DNA of 62,348 nucleotides, the filler included, from Chiloscyllium plagiosum (Eukaryota): NCBI RefSeq assembly GCF_004010195.1. It is 4 parts of one record of this genome, joined end to end, with 100 filler letters (N's around TTAATTAATTAA, not from the genome) between each part and the next. Parts side by side here need not be neighbours in the genome. Positions count along the whole stretch, not along the records: positions 1 to 20,419 come from NC_057715.1; positions 20,520 to 35,301 come from NC_057715.1; 2 more parts are not named here. One strand, written 5' to 3'. The position numbers were made by a program, and so were the translations under genes. Shown here in pieces: positions 12,482-24,978 of the stretch. The notes beneath the pieces are model-generated. The model saw only the letters and a program-made list of their open reading frames with translations, was not told the DNA's origin and ran no database searches. Every line of letters starts with the position of its first letter. Positions within the stretch are counted from its first letter, which is position 1.

Positions 12482-13219
12482 CGGGGTGAATCTGTACTTG
12501 CTGAATTACATTTTATTTTGCTTAAAAACTGCATGAATCCATGTAAGATTCTGTAAATTCTTTTGTAGAAAGAGAATCAGACTGAACATTGGGGCACAGA
12601 CAGCCCCACACAGGGCACTTCACACCTACAATGCATTCTGAACTGACACGGCACCTCGTGTTAAAGTTTATCTGAGAACTTCTGGGATATACATTTTTTT
12701 TTTCGATTCCCTCGTGTGGAAACGGGCCCTTTCGCCCAACAAGTCCACACCAACCCTCCAAAAAGTAACCTACCTAGATCCATTTCCCTCTGACTAATGC
12801 ACCTAACATTATGGGCAATTTATCATGGCCAAACCACCTAACCCGCATATCTTTGAACTGTGGGAGGAAACCGGAGCACTCGAGGAAACTCACGCAGACA
12901 CAGGGAGAATGTGCAAACTCCACACAGACAGTCCCCAAAGGCTAGAATTCAACCCGGGTCCCTGGCACTGTGAGGCAGCAGTGCCTCACTGAGCCACTGT
13001 GCCGCCCCCGAAAGAACGAACTGAACCCAACATGGTCATCCAGGTCTTTTTCAATATATAATTTCAGTTGCATCACACTGTAAACTTTTGCTGTAACTTC
13101 TGTGCCTTACAATTTTATACTCCACAACCACCTGATGAAGCAGCAGCGCTCCGAAGGCTAGTGCTTCCAAATAAACAAACCTGTTGGACTATAACCTGGT
13201 GTTGTGTGACTTTTAACTT
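12257..13219 (+). mobile_element. Penelope family C 3' UTR and pLTR with internal tandem duplication and nested HE1
   Basis: (CA)n-rich UTR, gaattacattttattttg motif, hammerhead-like cacctgatgaagcagcagcgctccgaaggctagtg at 13129-13163. Confidence 0.85.
12705..13007 (-). mobile_element. HE1-type SINE nested in a Penelope UTR
   Basis: HE1 head and core on the minus strand. Confidence 0.9.
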
Positions 13220-13229
13220 CATATAAAGT

Positions 13230-13735
13230 GCATTAGGTTAATAGAAACAGAGCAAGAATACAATGTTATGGCTGCAGCGAAGGTGCTCAGACAGCAAGGT
13301 CAATATTATATTTAAAATTTGGGAGGACCTAATAACAGCAGGGAACCAGCTGTTCTTGAATCTGTCTATGTGTGTGTTTAAGCTTTTGTATCTTCCGCCT
13401 GACGGAAGAGGTTGGAACAGATTATAACCGGGGTAGGAAGAGTCTTTGATTATGTTGGCTGCCTTTCCCTGGCAGCAAGAAATATAGACGCAGTCAATGG
13501 ATGGACATTTGGTTTGCACGATGGACTGGGCTGTGTTCACAACTCTCTGTAGTTTCTTACAGTACTGGACAGAGCAGTTGCCAAGCCATGATGCATCTGC
13601 ACAGAATGCTTTCAATGGTGCATCTATAAAAATTAGTAAGGGTCTTTCCTGACATGCCAAATGTCCTTAGCTTCTTGAGAATGCACAGGCATTTTTGTGC
13701 TTTCTTGACCATCTCATCGACATGGGTGGACCAGA
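13230..13735 (-). mobile_element. Rex1/Babar LINE 3' fragment; a plus-strand Rex1-type tail follows to about 13942
   Basis: KKLQRVVNTAQSI...LPSGGRYKSLNTHIDRFKNSWFPAVIR. Confidence 0.85.
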
Positions 13736-14038
13736 TTTTAACCCTGCTCTTTTTTCTTATGGTTATGAAGTTGAAATATGATGATAACTGTTGTGAACTT
13801 GTGTTTTGTACACCTTCTGCTCAGCCATAACTTTGTTCAATCATATTAGGAACTGTATGCCCTAGTATGCTATGATCTATCTGTACTGCACGCGAAACAA
13901 AACATTTCACCGTACTTAGGTACATGTGACAATAATAAATCATGTTACGTTGTCACACATACTAAGAATATTCAAAATGTAAACAGGTAGCCAAGAAACC
14001 GAACCTTTAATGAATGAGATAGCTGCGCAGTTGCTTAC

Positions 14039-14091
14039 CTGCATTTCATATTTCAATGTCATGTGGAAGCACCAGGACCCTATTCCCACAG
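14039..14091 (-). CDS. ACER3: Alkaline ceramidase 3 internal coding exon (53 bp; equivalent to human exon 3)
   Basis: Minus strand reads ttttaattcttgtccttttattgtttcag|CT GTG GGA ATA GGG TCC TGG TGC TTC CAC ATG ACA TTG AAA TAT GAA ATG CAG|gtaagc. Peptide VGIGSWCFHMTLKYEMQ matches recalled human ACER3 VGMGSWCFHMTLKYEMQ and contains the CREST-family SxxxH motif. Ends in phase 0. Confidence 0.96.
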
Positions 14092-15559
14092 CTGAAACAA
14101 TAAAAGGACAAGAATTAAAAGGTTGGGAGATGGGGAGAACATAGGTATAAATGGGCAAAATCTCAGTATCAATTTAATATCAAAGACTGAAAGAACAAAG
14201 TAAATTACTCCACAACTCATGAAATAACTTCACATTAATGCCAGAAAGTTGTGCAATTTAGTAGCTTATGCTTAAGGTTTTAGCCTTTATCAACATTGCA
14301 AAATTTACAAAACAAATTGGAACTTTAAAACTATGATGTCATCTGTTATAGTACCAGGCCATCATCGATATCTGTAGAACAGCAGCAGGCCATTCAGCCT
14401 ACATTTTCAAGATTAATCTTTTCATATACACCAACAGAAGAAAATTAAAGATGTACAAAAAAAAATGAGAATAGATTAAAAGCTGCCTTTTTTGGCACAC
14501 GTCATATAGATGGCCGCTGACACTATTTCAGGGAGAGTGTTACATAAAAATATATCAATTGCACAGGACCCTCAGGTACTCTACTCTTTATCCTCAAAAA
14601 AGTGCAAAACTGCTGCTCAAAATGTTTAGAATCTCAGATTTGAGCATGATTGTGTGAGCTACCAGTTATTTGAATCCACATCTCTGCTCTCTTTGTGCAC
14701 TTTCCCTGAAACACTCAGTTAATTCCCCCCCGCAGATCTTTATTCACCTGGTTTTAATAACAGCATCTGGCAAAATATCCCAAGAGTTTTTTCCATGAAA
14801 AAAAATTCTCAAGCTCAAGCTCTCTTACAGCACTAATCCTGAATTTGTGCCAACTGATATTTGGCAGGTTATACCAGGGAGCTCAGTGTCAAGCTGAAAA
14901 GCTTATCTAATTGCAACTTTGACTTTCTTACTCTTTTCTAGATATGATCCCACCCGCAACATACACAAGGTTTATTGTTTGTTCAGACAGAACACTGCAA
15001 AATGCTGAACTGGCACTTTCAACAACTGTGCTTCAGTTAAGCCACATAAGATCCTCTGCAACTCATCACAACCCCTTTCCCCGCACCTCCCATGTCCAAA
15101 ACCAATTAAGCAGCCATCCATTAAACCTACTTCCTGTCTAAAATCACAAGAGAGCTATTCTATTGCTAGTAAACTGTTTTAATTAATTCTCTTCCATTTT
15201 AATTGTCCATTTAGGTTTCATAGCTACATTCAAAACAAGGCTCTATGCTTTGTTCTTGGCAAATGTGCAAAGGCAAGGCCAGACATTCAAAAGTCAGAAT
15301 ATATTACCAGTCACCCTCTTTCCAATATCAGGAACAAAGGTTTTTCACTTACACTTCTTAGTATTTTATCTCACCAACAAGTCTCCAAACATAGAAACTC
15401 AATGTCGCTGGGTTATTGTCTACACGTTATTCGTCACCTCATTGACTCTAACATCCCAGACCATCCCCACCAAAACCCATTCGTTTTTCAATGACTTAAT
15501 CTCCTCTGTCCAGGTGCCCCAATCATTTGTTAAGGAATTGACTTGAGGAGCAAAATAAA

Positions 15560-16160
15560 CCAAGTAAAAACCAAAAGAATCACAGATGCTGTAAATCAGA
15601 GACAAAAATAGAAATTGCTGGAAAAGCTCGGCAAGTCTGGCAGCATCTGTGGAGAGAAATCAGAGTTAACATTTCAGATCAAGTGACCTTTCCTCAGGAC
15701 TGATGGTAGCCAGGAAAATGTCAGTTTACATGCAGAAGATAGGATGGGCAGAAGCAGTAAGGAGTAAGTGATAGGTGGGGATAGAGCCCAAAGAGAGAGA
15801 ACAGCAGTTGCACAGACAAAAGAGTGGATACAATCAGGCTAGGAGGGTGAATCGCTGTTAATGGGGACCATTAGTGGCTAACAATAGGTGGTATGTAATA
15901 GCAGCAATAACACGTCTGGTAGCATCTGTGAAAAGAAATCAGAGTTAACGTTTTGGGTCCAGTGACCCTTCCTAGCTGCCATAAGTTTTAAGGAAAAGGT
16001 TGGTTTATATGCAGAGGATAGGGTGGAGGGAGTGTTCTGAAGGAGGGTCACCGGACCTAAAATGTTAATTCTGATTTCTTTCCACAGATGCTGCCAACTT
16101 GCTGAGCTTTTCTATCAACTTCTGTTTTTGTTTCTGATTTACAGCACCTGCAGTTCTCTC
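15560..16160. mobile_element. Penelope family B pLTR cluster: a minus copy plus a fold-back copy
   Basis: cagcatctgtggagagaaatcagagttaac at about 15640 and 15920, reverse complement at 16035-16157; the minus copy resumes at 18923-19012. Confidence 0.8.
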
Positions 16161-16175
16161 CATTTTATATGATAG

Positions 16176-18922
16176 AAAATAGAACAGTACAGCGCAGAAC
16201 AGGTCCTTCTGCCCTCAATGTTGCACTGACCTGTGAACTAATCTAAGCCTATCCCCCAACACTATCCCATCATCATCCATTTGCTTATCCAAGGATTATT
16301 TAAATATTCCTAATGTGGGTGAATTAACTACATTAGCAGGCAGGGCACTCCATGCCCTTACCACTCTCTAAGTAAAGCACCTGCCTCTGACATCTGTCCT
16401 AAATCTATCACCCCTCAATGTGTAGCTATGCCCCCTCATACAAGCTGACGTCATCATCCTAGGAAAAAGACTTTAACTGTCCTCCCTGCCTAATCCTCTG
16501 ATCATCTTGTATGTCTCTGTGAAATCCCCTCTTAGCCTTTTTCTCTCAAATGAGAACAGACCCAAGTCTCTCAGTGTTTCCTCATAAGACCTTCCCTCCA
16601 GACCAGGCAACATCCTAGTAAATCTCCTCTGCACCTTTTCCAATGCTTCCACATCCTTCCCGAAATATGGCGACCAGAACTGTACACAATATTCCAAATG
16701 CGACAATTTTGTATAGTTGCAGCATGACATTACGGATCTGGAACTCTATCCCACTACCAAAAAGTCCTAACACACCATATGCCTTCTTAACAGCACTATC
16801 CACCTGGGTGGCAACTTTCAAGGATCTATGTACATGGACTCTAAGATCCCTCTGCACATCCACACTCCCAAGAATCTATCCATTGACCCAGTACTCTGCC
16901 TTCCTGTTATTCTTACCAAAGTGAATCACCTCATATTTAACTGCATTGAACTCCATTTGCTACCTCTCAGCCCAATTCTGCAGTTTATCCAAGTCTGCCT
17001 GCAATCTGCAACATTCTTCCACACTGTCCACTACTCCACCGACTTTAGTGTCATCTGCAAACTTACTGACCCATCCACCTATGCTTGTGTCCAAGTCATT
17101 TATAAAAATGACAAACAGTAGTGGTCCCAAAACAGATCCTTGTGACACACCACTAGTAACCAGACTCCAGGCTGAATATTTTCCATCAACCACCACTCAC
17201 TGCCTTTTTACGGAAAGCCAGCTCCTAACCCAAACTGCTAAATCACCCTTAATCTCATGCCTCTGCATTTTTTTCCCCAACAGCTTATCATGTGGAACTT
17301 ATACTGAAGTCCATGTACACCAGGTCAACTGCCCTATCCTCATCCACATACTTGGTCACCTGTTTAAAATACTCAATGAAGTTTGTGAGACATGACTTGC
17401 CCTTGACAAAACCATGTTGACTACCTGAAATCAAATTGTTGCTGTTAGATGATTATAAATCCTATCTCTTATAATCCTTTCCAAAACCTTTCCTACCGCA
17501 GCCTGTAATTACCTGGGTCTGTAATTACCTGTGTCATCCAACCTCTACTTTTCAAGGGCGGCACGGTGGCTCAGTGGTTAGCATTGCTGCCTCACAGCAT
17601 CAGGATCGGGTTCAATTCCAGCCTCAGGTGACTGTCTGTGTGGAGTTTGCACATTCTCCCTGTATTTGCGTGGGTTTCCTCCGGGTGCTCCGGTTTCCTC
17701 CCACAGTCCAAAGATGTGCAGGTCAGGTGAATTGGCCATACTAAATTGTCCATAGTGTTAGGTGCGTTACTCAGAGGGAAATGGGTCTGGGGGAGTTACT
17801 CTTTGGAGGGTCAGTGTGGACTGGTTGGGCCGAAGGGCCTGTTTTTACACTGTAGGGAATCTAATCTCTCCTGCCCTTCTTGAACAAAGGGCACAATTGC
17901 AATCCTCCAGTGATCTGGTACTAAACCTGTAGACAATGACGACTCAAAGATCAAGGCCAAAGGCTCCAATATCTCCTCCCAAGCTTCCCAGAGAATCCTC
18001 GGATAAATCCCATCTGACCCAGGGGACTTCTCGAATTGATAACACCTCTGCCTTACTAACTTCGGTCCTTTCTAGTCTAATGTCCCATATCTCATTCTTC
18101 TCCTCTACAATATTCTCCTTTTCCTGAGTGAAAACAGATGCGAAATATTCATTTAGCACCTTTCCTATCTCCACAGGGTCCAAGCACAACTTCCCACTTC
18201 TGTGTTTGACAGACCCTATTCCTACCCTAGTTATCCTTTTATTCCTCACATACCTATAGAAAGCTTTAGGGTTCTCCTTTATTCTACCTATTCATCTGAA
18301 TCATCTCATCTCAACTTCACATAAGCCTCCTTCTTCTGCTTAACAAGAGATGCAATTTCTTTAGTAAACCATGGTTCCTTTACCTTATCACTTCCTCCTT
18401 GCCCGACAAGGACAGACCTATCAAGGACACGCAATATCTGTTCCTTAAACAGCTCCACATTTCAATTGTCCCTCTCCCCTGCATTTTGCTGCCCCATTCT
18501 ATGCCACCTAAGTCTTGCCTAATCACATTATAATTACCCTTCCCCATCTATAACTCTTGCCCTGTAGCGTGTACCTATCCATTTCCATTGCAAAGCTAAA
18601 CGTAATTGAATTATGGTCACTCTCTCCAAAGTGTTCACCGATCACTAAAGCAAACACCTGGTCTGGTTCATTAACAAGCACCAGACCCAGTGTGGCCTCC
18701 CCTCGTCAGCCCTTCGACATACTGCAAATATTGGACAAAAACTGATCCATCTGACTTACTAGAGTTATAGCATTTCCAGTCAATGTTGGGGAAGTTAAAG
18801 ACCCCCATAATGACCACTCTGTTCCTTTCTGTGGAGGCCTATAATAACTCCCAGCATTGTGACCTCTCCTCTCCTATTTCTAACCTCAGCCATACCACCT
18901 CAGTAGACGAGCCCTTGTCTAC
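16176..18922 (-). mobile_element. CR1 LINE ORF2 (endonuclease to 3' tail) with deletions and a nested HE1
   Basis: SGVSQGSVLGPLLFVIFINDLD..SKFADDTK, HLEYCVQFWSP, GVFNFPNIDW; flanked by tatatgatag at 16166-16175 and 18923-18932. Confidence 0.92.
17556..17867 (+). mobile_element. HE1-type SINE, full length
   Basis: gggcggcacggtggctcagtggttagc...cactgtagggaatctaatct. Confidence 0.92.
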
Positions 18923-20232
18923 TATATGATAGCAAGGCCTGATGGAGAGGTTGGGGTAAGGATATAGGAGAACTCAAGCACTAAAGTTATTGAACTCGAC
19001 ATTGAGTCCAGAGCTAGGCTAAATAATTACTTTCCTGATTAAATGCAAAAAGTCAACACTATGAACATCTTCCAGGTAAACTCCCACTAGCAGAATAGAT
19101 GCCACTTACTGCTCCATAACCTAGGAAATCTACGCTCAAAAATAAGAAATGAAGTATCAGAAAGAGAACTTAAAGCTGGAAAGACAGACATTTTTTTGGT
19201 CAAGTAGTTTGGAAATATTTCAAATATGTTAAAGGTTTAAGAATAGAAAGGAAAAGCCTGTTCCCATTGGTTAATAATTTAATCGGTTTCAAGTGTCATG
19301 GCCCAATTATCACTCAAGGAATGGTGGGAAACCAGAAGAATTATTTTTCACAGGAGGTTTAACTACAGTAGAAATAATAACTTACATTCTTTCTTAAAAC
19401 TGCATTCAACTCCATATGAAACGTTATGAATATATGGAATGGATAAGCAAATAAGAACAGTTAGCAGCACAAGCACAATGGCTGATTGGTTACTTCATGT
19501 TGTAATGTTTCAGATTTCAGGTATGAAAACATCCAATATTTTCACAATTTCAGGATTTTAACTGTATGCATGATGTGTACCTAATCCAAAGTAAATGGGA
19601 AACTCTTAATGTATTTCTCTACAGAGGGAGTACATCAAGTGCAGACTTCCATGAGGCATGTCCTACCAGCAAAGCCAATTCAGTGACGTCTGTCAGCCAC
19701 GTTTCAGAGAAATCTGTGCTACGGCAAAATGTTGGATGAGGAGAAAATTGGAGCAAGAGTCATAAATTGTTTGCAGTAACATGTGTTTTTAATCCCAAAA
19801 GCAAATCATGAGTTTGCACTTATACAGTGCCTTTCACAACCACAGGATGCCTTGAAAGGACTTTAGAGCTATTGAAGTACTTGTTTGGAATGTAATCAAT
19901 ATTGTACATTAAAACATAGCAGCCTACCTGCCCACAGCAAGCTCTTACAAATGATTATGAAATAAAGGGCTCAATACCATTTTGGTGATGTTGACTGAGC
20001 AATAAATATTAACCAAATCACTGAGATGGATTCCAACACATTCCCTCAAAATTGTGATGAGATCTGACACTCACTTGGGATGGCTGACGGAAGTTTTGGT
20101 TTAATTTCTTCTCTGAAATTCTGCACCCCCTCAGCTGAAATATTCAGTTAGTAAGGTTACCTACACTGAGATATGGATTTGCTTTTGCTTTGCTCTACGG
20201 CTCAAAGGTGCAACATGTCACCAATGGAAGTC

Positions 20233-20898
20233 TAGATTAGAATGATGCTGGAAAAGCACAGCAGTTCAGGCAGCATCTGAGCAGTAAAATCGACATTTCG
20301 GGCAGAAGCCCTTCATCAGGAGTACAGGCAGAGCGCCTGAAGGGTGGAGAGATAAATGAGAGGAGGGTGGGGTTGGGGAGAAAGTAGCATAGAGTACAAT
20401 AGGTGAGTGAGGGAGGGGANNNNNNNNNNNNNNNNNNNNNNNNNNNNNNNNNNNNNNNNNNNNTTAATTAATTAANNNNNNNNNNNNNNNNNNNNNNNNN
20501 NNNNNNNNNNNNNNNNNNNCAGCGTGGGGGTGGCAGCTGCATCAGCCACATGGCTAATGGCATCTGAGTTGTTTCCGAGGCCAGGGGAATCTTCTGGAAT
20601 GTTCAAGGAGCGCTGGTTATGGAGCTGGGTAGATCAAAGTTTGTTGTACTTACAGTTTTTGATGTTTGAGATGGAGTTGAAATACTGTTTGTTGAGAGTA
20701 TGAATTCTTCTGAGGATGTCGTACAGAGTGGGTCCTTTGCAATTCTGAGAGAGTGTGGCCCTCAGCTGAGGCAGGGCTGACTGTAGAGAGGTTAGGTACC
20801 GGCGCATTGCTGCAAGCGTGGAGCGGAGGATCTTGATGGAGAACCGTTGCTGGTGTTTTTGAATCTGTAGTCTGTACTGTTTGTCCTGTTCGGGTCCG
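20233..20898 (-). mobile_element. Penelope family A: pLTR (20233-20419), gap, then N-terminal ORF region (20520-20898)
   Basis: Reverse-complement hammerhead pLTR; ORF segment [36 protein letters not shown] assigned to the PLE N-terminus by recall and context. Confidence 0.7.
20420..20519. other. Artificial 100-bp gap spacer N44-TTAATTAATTAA-N44 (also 35302-35401 and 54230-54329)
   Basis: Identical six-frame-stop 12-mer centred in three 100-bp N runs. Confidence 0.95.
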
Positions 20899-21125
20899 AA
20901 ATTTGGCAACACAGTCGTAGGCATTAAGACAATACGGTTGAGGGCTGCGGACACAACTTTGAGGGTCTCCAGTGTTGAGTGTTATTGTGGAGGTGCAGTT
21001 ACCGATCTTCACTGATTGCAGTCTGTGGGTCAGAAAGCTGAGGATCCATTTGCAGAATGCAGAGCTAAGACCAAGGTCACAGAATCTTAAGATCAGTCTG
21101 GAGGGGTTAATGGTTATTAATAGCA
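20899..21125 (-). mobile_element. Rex1/Babar RT fragment
   Basis: [46 protein letters not shown]. Confidence 0.85.
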
Positions 21126-21397
21126 AAATAACTTTAAAATGCATTATTTTCCTGAAAGTTTGCTCAACTACCTCATGAATGACAAAAATCAAAATGCAGA
21201 CCCTTTTCAAACAGGTTGGACACTCTTGGTTTAAACCAAAATACTTTTTGCTACACAAGAACCAAACTGACCTGACACTAAATTTTATATTAGGTCATTA
21301 GAACATGAATCAAAAAACAAACTGTGATAGATTATAAATTACATAAATTATAAATTACATGTTAAATCATACAAATTGGTTGAGACTATTCAGCCTA

Positions 21398-21515
21398 AGG
21401 ACTTATGCTCGAAACGTCGATTCTCCTGTTCCTTTGATGCTACCTGACCTGCTGCACTTTTCCAGCAACACATTTTTAAGCTCTGATCTCCAGCATCTGC
21501 AGTCCTCACTTTCTC
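21398..21515 (+). mobile_element. Solo pLTR insertion (family A) with perfect 12-bp TSD
   Basis: ctattcagccta at 21386-21397 and 21516-21527. Confidence 0.9.
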
Positions 21516-21794
21516 CTATTCAGCCTATCACTCTCAGTCACAGAGTCCTTAAAAATTCAACTCCATTATCAAGAATTTTATCACCATTTCTAGAATTTAG
21601 CCCGATCTCCAGCTGACACCACTATACAATGAACCAGAATGCCATGAAAACAGCCTTGTCAAAATGGCACGTCTTTTGGACCCCTCAATTGTGTGCACAA
21701 TGGTCTGGATGGCACAGATTAAACAATGTTATTTTCAAGTTAACAGAAAAAGCTGCAGCAACTTTAGATTTGCCTTTTTACAAATTCTTGAAAG

Positions 21795-21895
21795 TTCTCA
21801 TTGTGTAGTGGCAGTGCCCCTACCCCTGGGCCAGGAGACCTGGGTCCACCTGCTCCAGGAGGTATGAAATAACACTTCTGAATAGGTTGATTACA
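21795..21895 (+). mobile_element. Short tRNA-like SINE (third family; minus copies near 8695-8797 and 8920-9004)
   Basis: tgtgtagtggcagtgcccctacc...cctgggt...cacctgctccag. Confidence 0.55.
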
Positions 21896-23799
21896 AAATA
21901 CCTTCCAGATTCTTGAACTAGCCTCAGTCTTGTCCAGCCTGCCTATATCATACCGTTAGAATCATCAGCCATCAGAGCTCAGATGATGTGTTCTTCTACG
22001 TGCAACTAATTCCAGAATCATCAGAGGCTTTTGTTCCCAATCTCAGTCAGTTCTGCCAATTGGTCACTGAACTCGAAACATTAACTCTGTTGTTCTCTCT
22101 ATAAATGCTATTAGATCTGCCGTGTTTCTCCAGCACATTCTGTTTTTGTTTTCAGTCTTACTTCATGATCTCCCTAAATACAACTATTGAAACCATGGAT
22201 TTCAACATGTTAAACACAATCTCCATCTCAGACAAAACATGTGGCAGTATACACTTGACAGTCATCCTGAAACAAAACACTACATGATTTTTATCTTTAA
22301 ATAGCATTCATTTTTAGAGGAAAAATAATTGGCGCTAGAATCAATGTGCAGCAATTCCATTGCTGACAAGATATTCTGAAACTCAAATGCATTGTTTAAT
22401 GCTCCACACGTTTTTGAGTAGAAAAGGTGACAAAGGAAGAATGCTTACTGTAAAAATTTTCATTCTGAAAACAAAGTAGGAATATATTCCCTCCTCTTAT
22501 TAATGAAAACTAAGTCCAAGCAAAACAAAAAAAATTGTGTAATTTTACTGAATGTTCATCTGAGGATATACAAATGGACTGCATTGGAGCCACAGCAGTC
22601 CAAAACCTTCTATTCAGGTTACACTGCATAAACGTGCCAATCTAAAAACTTCCTAAGCGTCGGATACAGCTCAACTACAGTATCCACACAGACTCCTTTT
22701 TCATTTATCAATTTTCAGTAACTGTGTGATACAATGAGTCAACACACTACGTTCTCTTCACAGATCTGTTAAATCCAGTCCACACTAAGGGGCGAAAGCT
22801 ACCTTCTGTTGCTAACTGCAAGTCCAACTCACATACTTTGAAGATGGAGAAAAATGGACAGATTATAGAATACCAGTTCAGATCTTGGGAAAATAGAAAC
22901 ATCACTTCCACTTTGGGGCACAATAGGAGGGGACAGGGTCAATCATGCCACAGTCCCCAGAAAAGTTGAGCGGTTGAAGAATTGTTTAACTTTGTCAAAA
23001 CAGCTCACTTGTACTTTTGCTGGCAGCCATTTTAGAATTCAATGAGAGAATAAAGTGGAAATAAAACTGATGGCTTCAGGTCTGGAACAGCAGCCAAAAC
23101 TTTGGAAGTCATCATCAAGTGCATGCAGTACAAAGATTGATAAATTTCACAAAACTAAGGACCTTGAGTGACATGGAAAATAGAATGCTGGGGTATATGA
23201 TCAACCATGATGTAGAATAGCACAGCAATCTTGATGGAATCTAAGTTTTCACAGATTGCATAGCACTTAAGAAATATACCACCCCAGTAAAACATGAGTG
23301 TCCAGAAGCACCTCTGCATGCACCGTTACAGCAAGGTATCCCTAATACGTTTCCTATACCTTAAAAAAAAGTTCACTTTTATTATTCATGCAGGAGATGA
23401 CGCCTTCACTTATCCTTAATGCATTTGGGGTGTGTGTGTGTGAGAGAGAGATGGTGAGCTGCCTTCTGAAGTCATACTGGGGGGGAAATATTTGTTTTTC
23501 TCTCTACAGATTCTGCCAAACCTGCAAAGTTCCTCCAACATGTTCTGATTTTATTCCATTGACCAGCACAGCAGTGACAATAGATAGTCTGCATTTTATA
23601 GAGACATGGAGAAGTTTTGAAATTATCCCAGAAGATTTCACATCAAGTAAGGAAATGTACGAAGCTCCAAGTTACATTATTTTACCATTACAGCAAACAT
23701 GCATGCTTCTTCGTCTTATTAAAATTACTAAGCTTAATGCGTGATTTTTAGGTTGTTTTATTTGTACGACAATTTCCAATAACTGATGAACATAATGCA

Positions 23800-24978
23800 A
23801 GATAAGGCCAGTTGGTTGATTGGCTCTGAATGGCATAGCAGGCTCAACCTTCATTTCAATTTCACTTCTGCCCTATTCCATAACCTTCGATGTTGCAAGA
23901 AACCAAACAAAACTCAGCCTTGAAAATGCTCAATGATGGAGCAGTCAAAATCCTCCAGGTTGACATTTCCAAACTTTTGCAACTGAGTGAAACTTTTTTT
24001 CTCACCACAATCCTAAATGATTAGTCCTTTACCCACAGCCAGAAGTTCTGTCAAGCCCCTTCAGAATTTTCCATGTTTCAATCTGATCATCTTTCTTTCT
24101 TCTAAACTTCAGAATCTAGGCCCAATTTACTCAGCTCAAGGCAGTAAGCAACACTTCTATTCCATGAAGATCGGCTGTCTGGCAGAAAGCAGAGAGTGGG
24201 GATAAAAGGGTCTTTCTCAGGAAGGTAGTTGGTGACAAGTGGAGTTCCGCAAGGCTCAGTGTTGGGACCACAGCTTTTCACTTTATACATTAATTATCTA
24301 GATGAAGGAATGGAGGGCATTCTGGCCAAGTTTGCAGATGAAACAAAGATAGATAGAGGAGGCAGGGAGACTGCAGAAGAATTTGGACAAAAGGAGATTA
24401 GGAGCGTGGGCAAAGAAGTGGCAGATGGAGTACAATGTGGGAAAGTGCAAGGTCATGCACTTTGGTAAGAAAAGGAACATGGACTATTTTCCAAATGGGG
24501 AGAAAATTCAGAAGTCTATAGTGCAGAGAGACTTGGGAGTTCTTGACCAGGATTCTCTCAAGGTAAACTTGCAGGGTTGGTCAGTAGTTAGGAAGGCAAA
24601 TGCAAGGATGGCATTTATGTTGAGAGCACTTGAATAGAAAAGCAGGGATGTACTTCTGAGGTGGGGTGGGGTTCTGCAGGTCTCTTACACACAAGTGTGT
24701 ATATGCTCAGAAACAAATCCTCAGACAGAGAGAGGGAGCAAGACAGGCAGAGCAAGGAAAAAGGAAACTTCTGAAAATTGAGTACCAGAGGAGAGGCATT
24801 GAATCAGTTATCCAAATAATCAATTATCTGAATGAAATACTGCCCGCCCATCTCGTTCAGATAATCGAGGTTCCTCTGTACTGGATGGAGTTGAGAAACT
24901 CATCAGCTATGATTGAATGGCAGAGCAGACTCAATGGGCTGAATGGCCTAATTTCTGTTCCCAAGTCTTATCGTCTTA
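23800..24978. mobile_element. CR1 fragments (minus about 23800-24170; plus 24170-24660 and 24881-24978)
   Basis: [48 protein letters not shown]. Confidence 0.85.
24661..24880. mobile_element. pogo/Tigger-type MITE remnant with one terminal inverted repeat
   Basis: Ends ...cagataatcgaggttcctctg|ta, i.e. TA|CAGAGGAACCTCGATTATC on the other strand, a Tigger-like TIR with TA target; subterminal gataat/attatc repeats. Confidence 0.7.

Noticed and set aside
14942..14969. Possible plus-strand micro-exon (ttttctag|ATATGATCCC...AAG|gtttat)
   Set aside because: Weak donor, no recognisable protein, opposite strand to ACER3 and no partner exons.
17556..17630. tRNA genes at SINE heads
   Set aside because: A/B boxes run straight into HE1 or other SINE bodies; no complete cloverleaf or terminator.
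19625..19740. Candidate plus-strand exon or CCAAT/CRE/p53-half-site cluster
   Set aside because: All three frames hit stops without a good donor; short motifs are expected by chance.
20464..20475. TTAATTAATTAA palindrome recurring at 20464, 35346 and 54274
   Set aside because: Always centred in exactly 100-bp N runs; a six-frame stop spacer, not genomic.
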